Origin: Eledone cirrhosa | Lineage: Eukaryota | Direction: 5' to 3' | Assembly (NCBI GenBank): GCA_964016885.1 | Contig: OZ024761.1 | Location: 30,566,001 to 30,630,000 of the forward strand | DNA: 64,000 nucleotides | Notes under the pieces: model-generated | Seen by the model: the letters and a program-made list of their open reading frames with translations, nothing else | Told to the model about the DNA's origin: nothing | Databases searched by the model: none | Made by a program: the position numbers and the translations under genes | Part shown: in pieces, positions 37,598 to 54,302 of the stretch | Position numbering within the stretch: the stretch's first letter is position 1 | Layout: every line of letters begins with the position of its first letter

Positions 37598-40500
37598 TTA
37601 TAAGTTTGTTTAACTGCCGATAACTTTTAAATCTATTTCTTAGGTTGCTTAGGCCTACAAATCTTATATCAGTGTCCCTTCTTTTGACACTTTCTACGAG
37701 TGAATCCTTAAATTGACATTTTATTTTGGGTTGTACTGCCTTATCCCACCTATAACAGCTAGAAGCAAATATAGTAAAAACAGGTCCTTGACTGTGGAGA
37801 CTAATATGAGTTATGTTGAATATAATTGTTGAGGTTTATTCAATCTAAGAGAAGAAAAAATAAGTAAAGTGCAAAATTAACGTTTAAAGACAAGAAAAGT
37901 ATTTCTCTTTCTCTCTGGCAAAATAAATCTGCTGTTTTTAGACCTAGAGGAGGGGAGGATTGACTCAGTCAGGTTTAAATGCCCACATGACGGTAATTAC
38001 GGCACCCCTACAACAACAGTTAAGTGTCTATAACCACCACGCATTTATGAGACTAAAAACCTTGCTAGTGTATTTTTATTTTGGTACAAAAGTTTTTAAA
38101 TAATTTCATAAGTTTTAAATTCAAGTAAGTCCAATATAACGTATTTAAACGAATCTATAGATAGGATTTCAATATCTTCCAGAGCTTATGAAATAGTAAA
38201 ACAATTTTTTTTCTTTTCAATTATATCAAATACCATAAGTTGTTGTTTATGAAAGAAATGCTAAAATAGATTTAGTTAGTATGACTCTGAAATGTGTTCA
38301 TAAACGGTAATGTTATGTTTTCCTTAGAGCCTGTCTGTCTTACAGTATGTTTACACACAATACATACATGCATAGACATAAATTAATTGTTTATTATCTA
38401 TATTCATCTGTTTACACTCCTCGTAATAATTCGAGCGGTTTTGTTTTTGTTTTTTCTTCAAGAGATATGTAGATAGAAAAACGTTTGTGGCTTTAGTATT
38501 GCTTATTTTAAAGTTTTGTTTAATTGCCGATAAATTTGAAATATATTTGTTAGGTTTCTTAGAACTACAAATCTTTCTTATGACACTTACTACGGAATAA
38601 ATTCTTAGCTGGATACTTTACTTTGTGATTACTTTCCTCCCAAAGCCATGACAGCTTGAATCAGATGTAGCAAAAACTTGGGAAGACTGACATGAGTTAT
38701 GTTGAATATAAGTGTAGACGTAAAATATTTTTGTTTATTCAATCTAAAGGGAAGGAAAAAGAATTATAAGTCAAGTGCAAAATTAACGTTTAAAGGCATA
38801 AGAAAGGTATCTCGCTTTCTCTCCTGTAAAACAAATAGGCTGTTTTTAGACCAGGAGGATGGGAGGATTGACTCAGTCAGATTTAAATGCACACATGACG
38901 GTAAATACGACAGTCCTACAACAGTTAAGTGTCTATAACAACCATGCATTTAAGAGACTGAAAACCTTACTAATGTGTTTTTATTTTGGTATTTAAAAAC
39001 AAATTATATATTTAATTTCATGTAAGTCAAATACAATGTATTTAAATGAATCTACAGATGGAGTTGCAATATCTGCCAGGACTTTGGAAATAGGGAAATA
39101 TATAATTTTTTAAATTAAAACTACTTTTCAAAGGAATAATAAAGATATATATATACACACACACACACATCTCTAGTGGAGATATTTCTGAGATTGGAAA
39201 CCCTATCGATGTATGTATTTTGTCACTGAAAAGTTATCAAAAAATTATTATTATATATACATGTTTGTGTTTTTGACGTAAGTAAAACGAATCTATATAC
39301 GAGGTTTTCGATACCTGCCAGAGCTTATGAAATAGTAAAAGAATATTTTTATTTTTCAATTATGTCAAACATCGTATGTGGTTCTTTATTAAAGAAATGC
39401 TAAAATAGATTTAAATATATGAAATTTGCACAGTAGAATTACGGCCGCTTGGCTGGCGTCTGGTAAAGTGGTGGTAGTGTAGGTTCGAGCGGAGGGGAAA
39501 CTAAAAAGGTGGCTTCGAGATGATCGTGGCCCCGGGTAGCCAAGAAGATAGAGACCAATCTCTTAAATTAAAAATGTTTTAAACTTAAGATAAAGTAGAC
39601 GATCGAAACCCTATCTCCAAATCTATACACACTCAATTGATGCATAGATACACCACAACTACCCACATGACCACCTACAGACCAACAAATATGGAGTGAA
39701 AATAAACACATTTAAAGCTATTTTATTGTTAGACTAAAAATAAGTTTATATATGTAAATATTCAAAAGAAAATCACTCAAGTCTTTATAGTCTAGTGGTA
39801 AGACATAGGACTGGGGAATGCCGTGTTTGGATTTCGAATCAACTTAAAACATTTTTTTTATCCTCACACTGTAAGGAATTTGCTTGATTTGAACACGTAG
39901 TCATACCATTTAAAGCTTTATTTTTCTCTTTCTAGTCGTAACACAGTCAGCATATAAATAAACGTGATTCACTTCAACACGTTGCCATACCATTTAAAAC
40001 TTTATTTGGAGATGAGACAAAGACACATAAATACACTAAGTAGTAAACCCTTGATTTAACTTACTATGAAGATGAAGAATGTCTGTTAATATCAAAGTGA
40101 CGTTAAATTTAGGGGTCACTTTCATTGTTTTTAATTTACAGAAACTCCTTAATATAATACAATGTATATATTAGAAGGAATATTTTTTATTTTCTTGTTC
40201 CGTCAAACCTTGCGTTTATTCTACACACACACACGTCGAAACACTTGCTTGAGCTGGCTTTCTTAGACATAATGAGAAGTGTTGGCTTTGTGGAGATTGA
40301 TACAACTTTGGGTGATGTTACGAGGAGAGGCAAGGCTATGGAGAGTGTCTTAGTGGAAGAGATGATATCAGAGCAGTAACCTCCAAAGAGATGAAATTAG
40401 TGACTGAGATGCTATCATTGCATAGTTCAGAATATATATAACAAACATATACTATAAATTTAACAAGTCAAACTACAGTTATACTCTAACACGGAAGACA

Positions 40501-41388
40501 AATAAAACTTTACCTCTATCATGCACGTCGTATCCAGTGTGTTGTTATAAGAAAACCGGTGAAACACTAAATATGCCACCAGTGTAGCGATTTTATACTC
40601 TCTCTGCTTCATCGTACCACCCAGTAACATGAAACTGTGTTCAAATCCCTGGGAGGTAGAATTACGTCGCTTTAAATAAACACACTGGGGTCAGTTTGAA
40701 TATTGATTTCATGTGAAAAATATATACATATTATGATTGTACTCCGAACTATCAATATTGAAACAATTCTAATGCGCCAATAAAATTTATATATCTATAC
40801 AGCAACAGTGTTTTCGATCTTTCTTACTTTTTTATTCACATTCTACAGTCACTTTAACTCTGTAATAAAACCCAACACGAGACGAACGTTAACTGCAAGT
40901 TACCCACGAAATTAACGCAAACACAAATGAATATATATATATATACTACTAAAATGTATTTAAAATTAAAAAATAAATACTTAAATTCAATGTATAATTA
41001 CACGTACAATATGTTTTGTTGTAAAACCCTAAATAATGATTTAAGAAATGATGTCAATCTCTTTGTACAGAGATAAACATTAATTTATGTATATGCATTG
41101 TGTGTGCGTATATACTCCATTTAAGACAGCGAAAAAGCCAGTACCTCCTTCGAAGAATGCCAAATAGTTTATGCCTCAGGGATACCGGTGTAACACTAAT
41201 TAAGTTACCGGTGTAGATATTTCAGTTGAACCCTGCTTCAACAAACTACCCGGTAATTTGAAATCGAGTTCAGAGTGAGGGGTGTAAAACAGAATTCTGT
41301 TTGGAAAATAGTAAATTCTAAACCTGCTAGAAATAATAGCCAAATGTAGTACTTTGGGTACGAGGTGCGACTCGTCTTACCTCTTCTA

Positions 41389-41434
<46 letters not shown>

Positions 41435-41668
41435 AGATTCACGGGTCGCGGCGGAGAGAAACCACAATAAATACAATGTACTCAATAGATTGGCATAGTA
41501 TATATATATATGTGTGTACATATAAATATGTGTGTGTGTGTATGTATATATATATATGTATAAATGTATATATACATATAAATACTTATATATATATATA
41601 CATAAACATATGTATACATACACACATATATAAATAAATATGTGTGTATATATATATATATCTGTGTG

Positions 41669-41712
<44 letters not shown>

Positions 41713-41755
41713 TTACTTAGGTTCTAAGGAATATTCCGCGAATGTCGGGGTTTAC

Positions 41756-41786
<31 letters not shown>

Positions 41787-43854
41787 GTATATACATATTT
41801 ATTACTTTCACTGTTATTTCTAGCATAAAAAAGAAAAACCGGAAGGGGAGAAAATTGAAAAACTTCTTCTTTTTCCCTCCTCTAACTTTTTAAACAAAAG
41901 GAAATTTTATGTAAACAAAAACGAAATTTTTGCCAAGAAAGATAACTCTTCTCTGACTTAAATCCAAAATTGGGATACAAAAAAAATTCCGCAATTTTTT
42001 GTATCCCAATTTTGGATTTAAGTCAGAGAAGAGTTATCTTTCTTGGCAAAAATTTAGTTTTTGTTTACATAAAATTCTCTTTTGTTTGAAAAGTTAGAGG
42101 AGGGAAAAAGAAGAAGTTTTTCAATTTTCTCCACTTCCCGTTTTTTCTAGTGTATACTAGAAATAGCAGTCAAAGCAATATATATGCCTTTTGTGACAAT
42201 ATATATTGTTTTAACGCTAGATTATTAACAACAATATATTGTATTTGTTGGCCTATTGGACGCAGAAGACGCTCACTCGATTTTTATTATATTTTACGTT
42301 GTATTTTGAGGTTTATAGACATTTCTATGGACCACCTACAATATTCGCGGTTTTTCACTATTCTCGGGTTCTCTAGGACTGTAAACCCCACGAATGCCGG
42401 GGGGTAAATGTATATGAATATATCGACTGATAATATACAGTATAATTGTACGAGTATGCATATACATAGCAATATATATACATATTTACACATATATGTA
42501 CATATCTATATATAGACGCACATGTATATATATATATATAGACACACATGTATATATATATATATATGCATGTATGTATATATGTATACACATATATATA
42601 TATATGAATGTCTGTATATATGTACATATATATATATATATATACACATAGACATGTGTGTGTGTGTGTGTACATTCTTAGGTATATACATATATATTTA
42701 TACACACATACATACAAATATATATATTTCTATGAGTCACAGTTTATTACACATTGGAGACAGAGTGAGAGATTTAGCTTTCATTTTTAGCAGATTTAGA
42801 AACTTTGCAAACGCTTTATTTTTTCTTATTGCCGGTACTCTGAACACGATTTGAAATGACTGGAGTGAGTTTATAAAAGGGTAAACTGAAATAGTTGCAC
42901 CGGTAACATATTTAGTGTTACACCGGTATTTTCGAAACAGTCTCTTTCGCATTCGTCTGCAAGAGGTAACGGTTTCTATGCCGTCTCTGTTAGTGTAGAA
43001 CTGTAGGTTGACTTGCCTGGTTTTTACAACTCTTTGTCAACATGCATATTATTATTATATACTTTCAAACACACTTACATATATTATATTTATAAACATA
43101 TAGGATTTTACTAAGTTTTTATTCTTTCTAATGTGAAGAGATAGAAATAATAAGTTAAAACTAAAGTATAATGATATAACAACCGTATTTAATAGTTTTC
43201 TCCCCTTTATTGAGATGCAAACGTTTTAAAGAAAAAACATGACAGTATAAGAAATATTTAATATCATAACATATAATATTTCAGGTAGGATGGTCGTTTC
43301 TCTTGTCTTCCACCTCTAGTTGTAGATTCTTCATGTCCTCTCGAGCCATAATTATGTCGTCGACATATGCATAAGTTTGATTTCTTCTTGAATGAATTGC
43401 AAATCTTGAGGTAGCCTTCTTGGTACATTTATTAGCTTTAATTCGTGTTTACACTGCTTGTAATAATTCGTACGTTTTTTACTTTAGATGAAACATGTAT
43501 ATAAAAACGTCTGTGGCTTTAGTATACCGTTAAGTTTGATTTCAATAGAAAAATACTTACTGAACATGTGTAACACAATTATAACTGGATCTACTTAGTT
43601 CCTAGCCACTAGAAAAAAATCTATTTGATAGAAGTTATTTCCTAGTTCTATGCACTGTCAATATCCCTTCTACTTTTTATATGCTTGTGTTTGTTAAAGA
43701 AACATTCTCTGATTTAGGAACCACGATCTTCTCGCACCACCGTTGTAGTAATTCTTGTTAAATGTTTTGTCTGGTCTATTGTCAATAAGTGGCCTTGTTT
43801 TCTGATTATGAATAAAGTTAAGTGGTCTACTGAATTGTCTTAATTATTGCTAAT
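37598..43854. repeat. Array unit copy 7
   Basis: Unit start motif at 37598 and 43855. Confidence 0.97.
41794..42186. repeat. Long palindrome, copy 7
   Basis: Same inverted repeat. Confidence 0.96.
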
Positions 43855-46800
43855 TTATAAGTTTGTTTAACTGCCGATAACTTTTAAATCTATTTCTTAA
43901 GTTGCTTAGGCCTACAAATCTTATATCAATGTCCCTTCTTTTGACACTTTCTACGAGTGAATCCTTAAATTGACATTTTATTTTGGGTTGTACTGCCTTA
44001 TCCCACCTATAACAGCTAGAAGCAAATATAGTAAAAACAGGTCCTTGACTGTGGAGACTAAATATGAGTTATGTTGAATACAATTGTTGAGGTTTATTCA
44101 ATCTAAGAGAAGAAAAAATAAGTAAAGTGCAAAATTAACGTTTAAAGAGAAGAAAAGTATTTCTCTTTCTCTCTGGCAAAATAAATCTGCTGTTTTTAGA
44201 CCTAGAGGAGGGGAGGATTGACTCAGTCAGGTTTAAATGCCCACATGACGGTAATTACGGCACCCCTACAACAACAGTTAAGTGTCTATAACCACCACGC
44301 ATTTATGAGACTAAAAACCTTGCTAGTGTATTTTTATTTTGGTACAAAAGTTTTTAAATAATTTCATAAGTTTTAAATTCAAGTAAGTCCAATATAACGT
44401 ATTTAAACGAATCTATAGATAGGATTTCAATATCTTCCAGAGCTTATGAAATAGTAAAACAATTTTTTTTCTTTTCAATTATATCAAATACCATAAGTTG
44501 TTGTTTATGAAAGAAATGCTAAAATAGATTTAGTTAGTATGACTCTGAAATGTGTTCATAAACGGTAATGTTATGTTTTCCTTAGAGCCTGTCTGTCTTA
44601 CAGTATGTTTACACACAATACATACATGCATAGACATAAATTAATTGTTTATTATCTATATTCATCTGTTTACACTCCTCGTAATAATTCGAGCGGTTTT
44701 GCTTTTGTTTTTTCTTCAGGAGATACGTAGATAGAAAAACGTTTGTGGCTTTAGTATTGCTTATTTTAAAGTTTTGTTTAATTGCCGATAAATTTGAAAT
44801 ATATTTGTTAGGTTTCTTAGAACTACAAATCTTTCTTATGACACTTACTACGGAATACATTCTTAGCTGGATACTTTACTTTGTGATTACTTTCCTCCCA
44901 AAGCCATGACAGCTTGAATCAGATGTAGCAAAAACTTGGGAAGGCTGACATGAGTTATGTTGAATATAAGTGTAGACGTAAAATATTTTTGTTTATTCAA
45001 TCTAAAGGGAAGGAAAAAGAATTATAAGTCAAGTGCAAAATTAACGTTTAAAGGCATAAGAAAGGTATCTCGCTTTCTCTCCTGTAAAACAAATAGGCTG
45101 TTTTTAGACCAGGAGGATGGGAGGATTGACTCAGTCAGATTTAAATGCACACATGACGGTAAATACGACAGTCCTACAACAGTTAAGTGTCTATAACAAC
45201 CATGCATTTAAGAGACTGAAAACCTTACTAATGTGTTTTTATTTTGGTATTTAAAAACAAATTATATATTTAATTTCATGTAAGTCAAATACAATGTATT
45301 TAAATGAATCTACAGATGGAGTTGCAATATCTGCCAGGACTTTGGAAATAGGGAAATATATAATTTTTTAAATTAAAACTACTTTTCAAAGGAATAATAA
45401 AGATATATATATACAGACACACATCTCTAGTGGAGATATTTCTGAGATTGGAAACCCTATCGATGTATGTATTTTGTCACTGAAAAGTTATCAAAAAATT
45501 ATTATTATATATACATGTTTGTGTTTTTGACGTAAGTAAAACGAATCTATATACGAGGTTTTCGATACCTGCCAGAGCTTATGAAATAGTAAAAGAATAT
45601 TTTTATTTTTCAATTATGTCAAACATCGTATGTGGTTCTTTATTAAAGAAATGCTAAAATAGATTTAAATATATGAAATTTGCACAGTAGAATTACGGCC
45701 GCTTGGCTGGCGTCTGGTAAAGTGGTGGTAGTGTAGGTTCGAGCGGAGGGGAAACTAAAAAGGTGGCTTCGAGATGATCGTGGCCCCGGGTAGCCCAGAA
45801 GATAGAGACCAATCTCTTAAATTAAAAATGTTTTAAACTTAAGATAAAGTAGACGATCGAAACCCTATCTCCAAATCTATACACACTCAATTGATGCATA
45901 GATACACCACAACTACCCACATGACCACCTACAGACCAACAAATATGGAGTGAAAATAAACACATTTAAAGCTATTTTATTGTTAGACTAAAAATAAGTT
46001 TATATATGTAAATATTCAAAAGAAAATCACTTAAGTCTTTATAGTCTAGTGGTAAGACATAGGACTGGGGAATGCCGTGTTTGGATTTCGAATCAACTTA
46101 AAACATTTTTTTTATCCTCACACTGTAAGGAATTTGCTTGATTTGAACACGTAGTCATACCATTTAAAGCTTTATTTTTCTCTTTCTAGTCGTAACACAG
46201 TCAGCATATAAATAAACGTGATTCACTTCAACACGTTGCCATACCATTTAAAACTTTATTTGGAGATGAGACAAAGACACATAAATACACTAAGTAGTAA
46301 ACCCTTGATTTAACTTACTATGAAGATGAAGAATGTCTGTTAATATCAAAGTGACGTTAAATTTAGGGGTCACTTTCATTGTTTTTAATTTACAGAAACT
46401 CCTTAATATAATACAATGTATATATTAGAAGGAATATTTTTTATTTTCTTGTTCCGTCAAACCTTGCGTTTATTCTACACACACACACGTCGAAACACTT
46501 GCTTGAGCTGGCTTTCTTAGACATAATGAGAAGTGTTGGCTTTGTGGAGATTGATACAACTTTGGGTGATGTTACGAGGAGAGGCAAGGCTATGGAGAGT
46601 GTCTTAGTGGAAGAGATGATATCAGAGCAGTAACCTCCAAAGAGATGAAATTAGTGACTGAGATGCTATCATTGCATAGTTCAGAATATATATAACAAAC
46701 ATATACTATAAATTTAACAAGTCAAACTACAGTTATACTCTAACACGGAAGACAAATAAAACTTTACCTCTATCATGCACGTCGTATCCAGTGTGTTGTT

Positions 46801-47642
46801 ATAAGAAAACCGGTGAAACACTAAATATGCCACCAGTGTAGCGATTTTATACTCTCTCTGCTTCATCGTACCACCCAGTAACATGAAACTGTGTTCAAAT
46901 CCCTGGGAGGTAGAATTACGTCGCTTTAAATAAACACACTGGGGTCAGTTTGAATATTGATTTCATGTGAAAAATATATACATATTATGATTGTACTCCG
47001 AACTATCAATATTGAAACAATTCTAATGCGCCAATAAAATTTATATATCTATACAGCAACAGTGTTTTCGATCTTTCTTACTTTTTTATTCACATTCTAC
47101 AGTCACTTTAACTCTGTAATAAAACCCAACACGAGACGAACGTTAACTGCAAGTTACCCACGAAATTAACGCAAACACAAATGAATATATATATATATAC
47201 TACTAAAATGTATTTAAAATTAAAAAATAAATACTTAAATTCAATGTATAATTACACGTACAATATGTTTTGTTGTAAAACCCTAAATAATGATTTAAGA
47301 AATGATGTCAATCTCTTTGTACAGAGATAAACATTAATTTATGTATATGCATTGTGTGTGCGTATATACTCCATTTAAGACAGCGAAAAAGCCAGTACCT
47401 CCTTCGAAGAATGCCAAATAGTTTATGCCTCAGGGATACCGGTGTAACACTAATTAAGTTACCGGTGTAGATATTTCAGTTGAACCCTGCTTCAACAAAC
47501 TACCCGGTAATTTGAAATCGAGTTCAGAGTGAGGGGTGTAAAACAGAATTCTGTTTGGAAAATAGTAAATTCTAAACCTGCTAGAAATAATAGCCAAATG
47601 TCGTACTTTGGGTACGAGGTGCGACTCGTCTTACCTCTTCCA

Positions 47643-47682
<40 letters not shown>

Positions 47683-47985
47683 AGATTCACGGGTCGCGGC
47701 GGAGAGAAACCACAATAAATACAATGTACTCAATAGATTGGCATAGTATATATATATATGTGTGTACATATAAATATGTGTGTGTGTGTATGTATATATA
47801 TATATGTATAAATGTATATATACATATAAATACTTATATATATATATACATAAACATATGTATACATACACACATATATAAATAAATATGTGTGTATATA
47901 TATATATATCTGTGTGTCTATTTATATATATATATATAATTATTACTTAGGTTCTAAGGAATATTCCGCGAATGTCGGGGTTTAC

Positions 47986-48032
<47 letters not shown>

Positions 48033-48867
48033 ATACATATTTATTACTTTCACTGTTATTTCTAGCATAAAAAAGAAAAACCGGAAGGAGAGAAAATTGA
48101 AAAACTTCTTCTTTTTCCCTCCTCTAACTTTTCAAACAAAAGGAAATTTTATGTAAACAAAAACGAAATTTTTGCCAAGAAAGATAACTCTTCTCTGACT
48201 TAAATCCAAAATTGGGATACAAAAAAAATTCCTCAATTTTTTGTATCCCAATTTTGGATTTAAGTCAGAGAAGAGTTATCTTTCTTGGCAAAAATTTCGT
48301 TTTTGTTTACATAAAATTCTCTTTTGTTTGGAAAGTTAGAGGAGGGAAAAAGAAGAAGTTTTTCAATTTTCTCCACTTCCCGTTTTTTCTAGTGTATACT
48401 AGAAATAGCAGTCAAAGCAATATATATGCCTTTTGTGACAATATATATTGTTTTAACGCTAGATTATTAACAACAATATATTGTATTTGCTGGCCTATTG
48501 GACGCAGAAGACGCTCACTCGATTTTTATTATATTTTACGTTGTATTTTGAGGTTTATAGACATTTCTATGGACCACCTACAATATTCGCGGTTTTTCAC
48601 TATTCTCGGGTTCTCTAGGACTGTAAACCCCACGAATGCCGGGGGGTAAATGTATATGAATATATCGACTGATAATATACAGTATAATTGTACGAGTATG
48701 CATATACATAGCAATATATATACATATTTACACATATATGTACATATATATATATAGACACACATGTATATATATATATATAGACACACATGTATATATA
48801 TATATATATGCATGTATGTATATATGTATACACATATATATATATATGAATGTCTGTATATATGTAC

Positions 48868-48904
<37 letters not shown>

Positions 48905-50102
48905 CATAGACAGTGTGTGTGTACATTCTTAGGTATATACATATATATTTATACACACATACATACAAATATATATATTTCTATGAGTCACAGTTTATTA
49001 CACATTGGAGACAGAGTGAGAGATTTAGCTTTCATTTTTAGCAGATTTAGAAACTTTGCAAACGCTTTATTTTTTCTTATTGCCGGTACTCTGAACACGA
49101 TTTGAAATGACTGGAGTGAGTTTATAAAAGGGTAAACTGAAATAGTTGCACCGGTAATATATCTAGTGTTACACCGGTATTTTAGAAACAGTCTCTTTCG
49201 CATTCGTCTGCAAGAGGTAACGTTTTCTATGCCGTCTCTGTTAGTGTAGAACTGTAGGTTGACTTGCCTGGTTTTTACAACTCTTTGTCAACATGCATAT
49301 TATTATTATATACTTTCAAACACACTTACATATATTATATTTATAAACATATAGGATTTTACTAAGTTTTTATTCTTTCTACTGTGAAGAGATAGAAATA
49401 ATAAGTTAAAACTAAAGTATAATGATATAACAACCGTATATAATAGTTTTCTCCCCTTTATTGAGATGCAAACGTTTTAAAGAAAAAACATGACAGTATA
49501 AGAAATATTTAATATCATAACATATATTTCAGGTAGGATGGTCGTTTCTCTTGTCTTCCACCTCTAGTTGTAGATTCTTCATGTCCTCTCTAGCCATAAT
49601 TATGTCGTCGACATATGCATAAGTTTGATTTCTTCTTGAATGAATTGCAAATCTTGAGGTAGCCTTCTTGGTACATTTATTAGCTTTAATTCGTGTTTAC
49701 ACTGCTTGTAATAATTCGTACGTTTTTTACTTTAGATGAAACATGTATATAAAAACGTCTGTGGCTTTAGTATACCTTTAAGTTTGATTTCAATAGAAAA
49801 ATACTTACTGAACATGTGTAACACAATTATAACTGGATCTACTTAGTTCCTAGCCACTAGAAAAAAATCTATTTGATAGAAGTTATTTCCTAGTTCTATT
49901 CACTGTCAATATCCCTTCTACTTTTTATATGCTTGTGTTTGTTAAAGAAACATTCTCTGATTTAGGAACCACGATCTTCTCGCACCACCGTTGTAGTAAT
50001 TCTTGTTAAATGTTTTGTCTGGTCTATTGTCAATAAGTGGCCTTGTTTTCTGATTATGAATAAAGTTAAGTGGTCTACTGAATTGTCTTAATTATTGCTA
50101 AT
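43855..50102. repeat. Array unit copy 8
   Basis: Unit start motif at 43855 and 50103. Confidence 0.97.
48036..48428. repeat. Long palindrome, copy 8 (loop CCTC)
   Basis: Same inverted repeat; loop SNP; right-arm allele gtttggaaag. Confidence 0.96.
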
Positions 50103-51649
50103 TTATAAGTTTGTTTAACTGCCGATAACTTTTAAATCTATTTCTTAGGTTGCTTAGGCCTACAAATCTTATATCAGTGTCCCTTCTTTTGACACTTTCT
50201 ACGAGTGAATCCTTAAATTGACATTTTATTTTGGGTTGTACTGCCTTATCCCACCTATAACAGCTAGAAGCAAATATAGTAAAAACAGGTCCTTGACTGT
50301 GGAGACTAATATGAGTTATGTTGAATATAATTGTTGAGGTTTATTCAATCTAAGAGAAGAAAAAATAAGTAAAGTGCAAAATTAACGTTTAAAGACAAGA
50401 AAAGTATTTCTCTTTCTCTCTGGCAAAATAAATCTGCTGTTTTTAGACCTAGAGGAGGGGAGGATTGACTCAGTCAGGTTTAAATGCCCACATGACGGTA
50501 ATTACGGCACCCCTACAACAACAGTTAAGTGTCTATAACCACCACGCATTTATGAGACTAAAAACCTTGCTAGTGTATTTTTATTTTGGTACAAAAGTTT
50601 TTAAATAATTTCATAAGTTTTAAATTCAAGTAAGTCCAATATAACGTATTTAAACGAATCTATAGATAGGATTTCAATATCTTCCAGAGCTTATGAAATA
50701 GTAAAACAATTTTTTTTCTTTTCAATTATATCAAATACCATAAGTTGTTGTTTATGAAAGAAATGCTAAAATAGATTTAGTTAGTATGACTCTGAAATGT
50801 GTTCATAAACGGTAATGTTATGTTTTCCTTAGAGCCTGTCTGTCTTACAGTATGTTTACACACAATACATACATGCATAGACATAAATTAATTGTTTATT
50901 ATCTATATTCATCTGTTTACACTCCTCGTAATAATTCGAGCGGTTTTGTTTTTGTTTTTTCTTCAGGAGATACGTAGATAGAAAAACGTTTGTGGCTTTA
51001 GTATTGCTTATTTTAAAGTTTTGTTTAATTGCCGATAAATTTGAAATATATTTGTTAGGTTTCTTAGAACTACAAATCTTTCTTATGACACTTACTACGG
51101 AATAAATTCTTAGCTGGATACTTTACTTTGTGATTACTTTCCTCCCAAAGCCATGACAGCTTGAATCAGATGTAGCAAAAACTTGGGAAGACTGACATGA
51201 GTTATGTTGAATATAAGTGTAGACGTAAAATATTTTTGTTTATTCAATCTAAAGGGAAGGAAAAAGAATTATAAGTCAAGTGCAAAATTAACGTTTAAAG
51301 GCATAAGAAAGGTATCTCGCTTTCTCTCCTGTAAAACAAATAGGCTGTTTTTAGACCAGGAGGATGGGAGGATTGACTCAGTCAGATTTAAATGCACACA
51401 TGACGGTAAATACGACAGTCCTACAACAGTTAAGTGTCTATAACAACCATGCATTTAAGAGACTGAAAACCTTACTAATGTGTTTTTATTTTGGTATTTA
51501 AAAACAAATTATATATTTAATTTCATGTAAGTCAAATACAATGTATTTAAATGAATCTACAGATGGAGTTGCAATATCTGCCAGGACTTTGGAAATAGGG
51601 AAATATATAATTTTTTAAATTAAAACTACTTTTCAAAGGAATAATAAAG

Positions 51650-51691
<42 letters not shown>

Positions 51692-53916
51692 CTCTAGTGG
51701 AGATATTTCTGAGATTGGAAACCCTATCGATGTATGTATTTTGTCACTGAAAAGTTATCAAAAAATTATTATTATATATACATGTTTGTGTTTTTGACGT
51801 AAGTAAAACGAATCTATATACGAGGTTTTCGATACCTGCCAGAGCTTATGAAATAGTAAAAGAATATTTTTATTTTTCAATTATGTCAAACATCGTATGT
51901 GGTTCTTTATTAAAGAAATGCTAAAATAGATTTAAATATATGAAATTTGCACAGTAGAATTACGGCCGCTTGGCTGGCGTCTGGTAAAGTGGTGGTAGTG
52001 TAGGTTCGAGCGGAGGGGAAACTAAAAAGGTGGCTTCGAGATGATCGTGGCCCCGGGTAGCCCAGAAGATAGAGACCAATCTCTTAAATTAAAAAAATAA
52101 AAATGTTTTAAACTTAAGATAAAGTAGACGATCGAAACCCTATCTCCAAATCTATACACACTCAATTGATGCATAGATACACCACAACTACCCACATGAC
52201 CACCTACAGACCAACAAATATGGAGTGAAAATAAACACATTTAAAGCTATTTTATTGTTAGACTAAAAATAAGTTTATATATGTAAATATTCAAAAGAAA
52301 ATCACTTAAGTCTTTATAGTCTAGTGGTAAGACATAGGACTGGGGAATGCCGTGTTTGGATTTCGAATCAACTTAAAACATTTTTTTTATCCTCACACTG
52401 TAAGGAATTTGCTTGATTTGAACACGTAGTCATACCATTTAAAGCTTTATTTTTCTCTTTCTAGTCGTAACACAGTCAGCATATAAATAAACGTGATTCA
52501 CTTCAACACGTTGCCATACCATTTAAAACTTTATTTGGAGATGAGACAAAGACACATAAATACACTAAGTAGTAAACCCTTGATTTAACTTACTATGAAG
52601 ATGAAGAATGTCTGTTAATATCAAAGTGACGTTAAATTTAGGGGTCACTTTCATTGTTTTTAATTTACAGAAACTCCTTAATATAATACAATGTATATAT
52701 TAGAAGGAATATTTTTTATTTTCTTGTTCCGTCAAACCTTGCGTTTATTCTACACACACACACGTCGAAACACTTGCTTGAGCTGGCTTTCTTAGACATA
52801 ATGAGAAGTGTTGGCTTTGTGGAGATTGATACAACTTTGGGTGATGTTACGAGGAGAGGCAAGGCTATGGAGAGCGTCTTAGTGGAAGAGATGATATCAG
52901 AGCAGTAACCTCCAAAGAGATGAAATTAGTGACTGAGATGCTATCATTGCATAGTTCAGAATATATATAACAAACATATACTATAAATTTAACAAGTCAA
53001 ACTACAGTTATACTCTAACACGGAAGACAAATAAAACTTTACCTCTATCATGCACGTCGTATCCAGTGTGTTGTTATAAGAAAACCGGTGAAACACTAAA
53101 TATGCCACCAGTGTAGCGATTTTATACTCTCTCTGCTTCATCGTACCACCCAGTAACATGAAACTGTGTTCAAATCCCTGGGAGGTAGAATTACGTCGCT
53201 TTAAATAAACACACTGGGGTCAGTTTGAATATTGATTTCATGTGAAAAATATATACATATTATGATTGTACTCCGAACTATCAATATTGAAACAATTCTA
53301 ATGCGCCAATAAAATTTATATATCTATACAGCAACAGTGTTTTCGATCTTTCTTACTTTTTTATTCACATTCTACAGTCACTTTAACTCTGTAATAAAAC
53401 CCAACACGAGACGAACGTTAACTGCAGTTACCCACGAAATTAACGCAAACACAAATGAATATATATATATATACTACTAAAATGTATTTAAAATTAAAAA
53501 ATAAATACTTAAATTCAATGTATAATTACACGTACAATATGTTTTGTTGTAAAACCCTAAATAATGATTTAAGAAATGATGTCAATCTCTTTGTACAGAG
53601 ATAAACATTAATTTATGTATATGCATTGTGTGTGCGTATATACTCCATTTAAGACAGCGAAAAAGCCAGTACCTCCTTCGAAGAATGCCAAATAGTTTAT
53701 GCCTCAGGGATACCGGTGTAACACTAATTAAGTTACCGGTGTAGATATTTCAGTTGAACCCTGCTTCAACAAACTACCCGGTAATTTGAAATCGAGTTCA
53801 GAGTGAGGGGTGTAAAACAGAATTCTGTTTGGAAAATAGTAAATTCTAAACCTGCTAGAAATAATAGCCAAATGTCGTACTTTGGGTACGAGGTGCGACT
53901 CGTCTTACCTCTTCTA

Positions 53917-53950
<34 letters not shown>

Positions 53951-54180
53951 AGATTCACGGGTCGCGGCGGAGAGAAACCACAATAAATACAATGTACTCA
54001 ATAGATTGGCATAGTATATATATATATGTGTGTACATATAAATATGTGTGTGTGTGTATGTATATATATATATGTATAAATGTATATATACATATAAATA
54101 CTTATATATATACATAAACATATGTATACATACACACATATATAAATAAATATGTGTGTATATATATATATATCTGTGTG

Positions 54181-54218
<38 letters not shown>

Positions 54219-54267
54219 TTACTTAGGTTCTAAGGAATATTCCGCGAATGTCGGGGTTTACTGTGTG

Positions 54268-54302
<35 letters not shown>
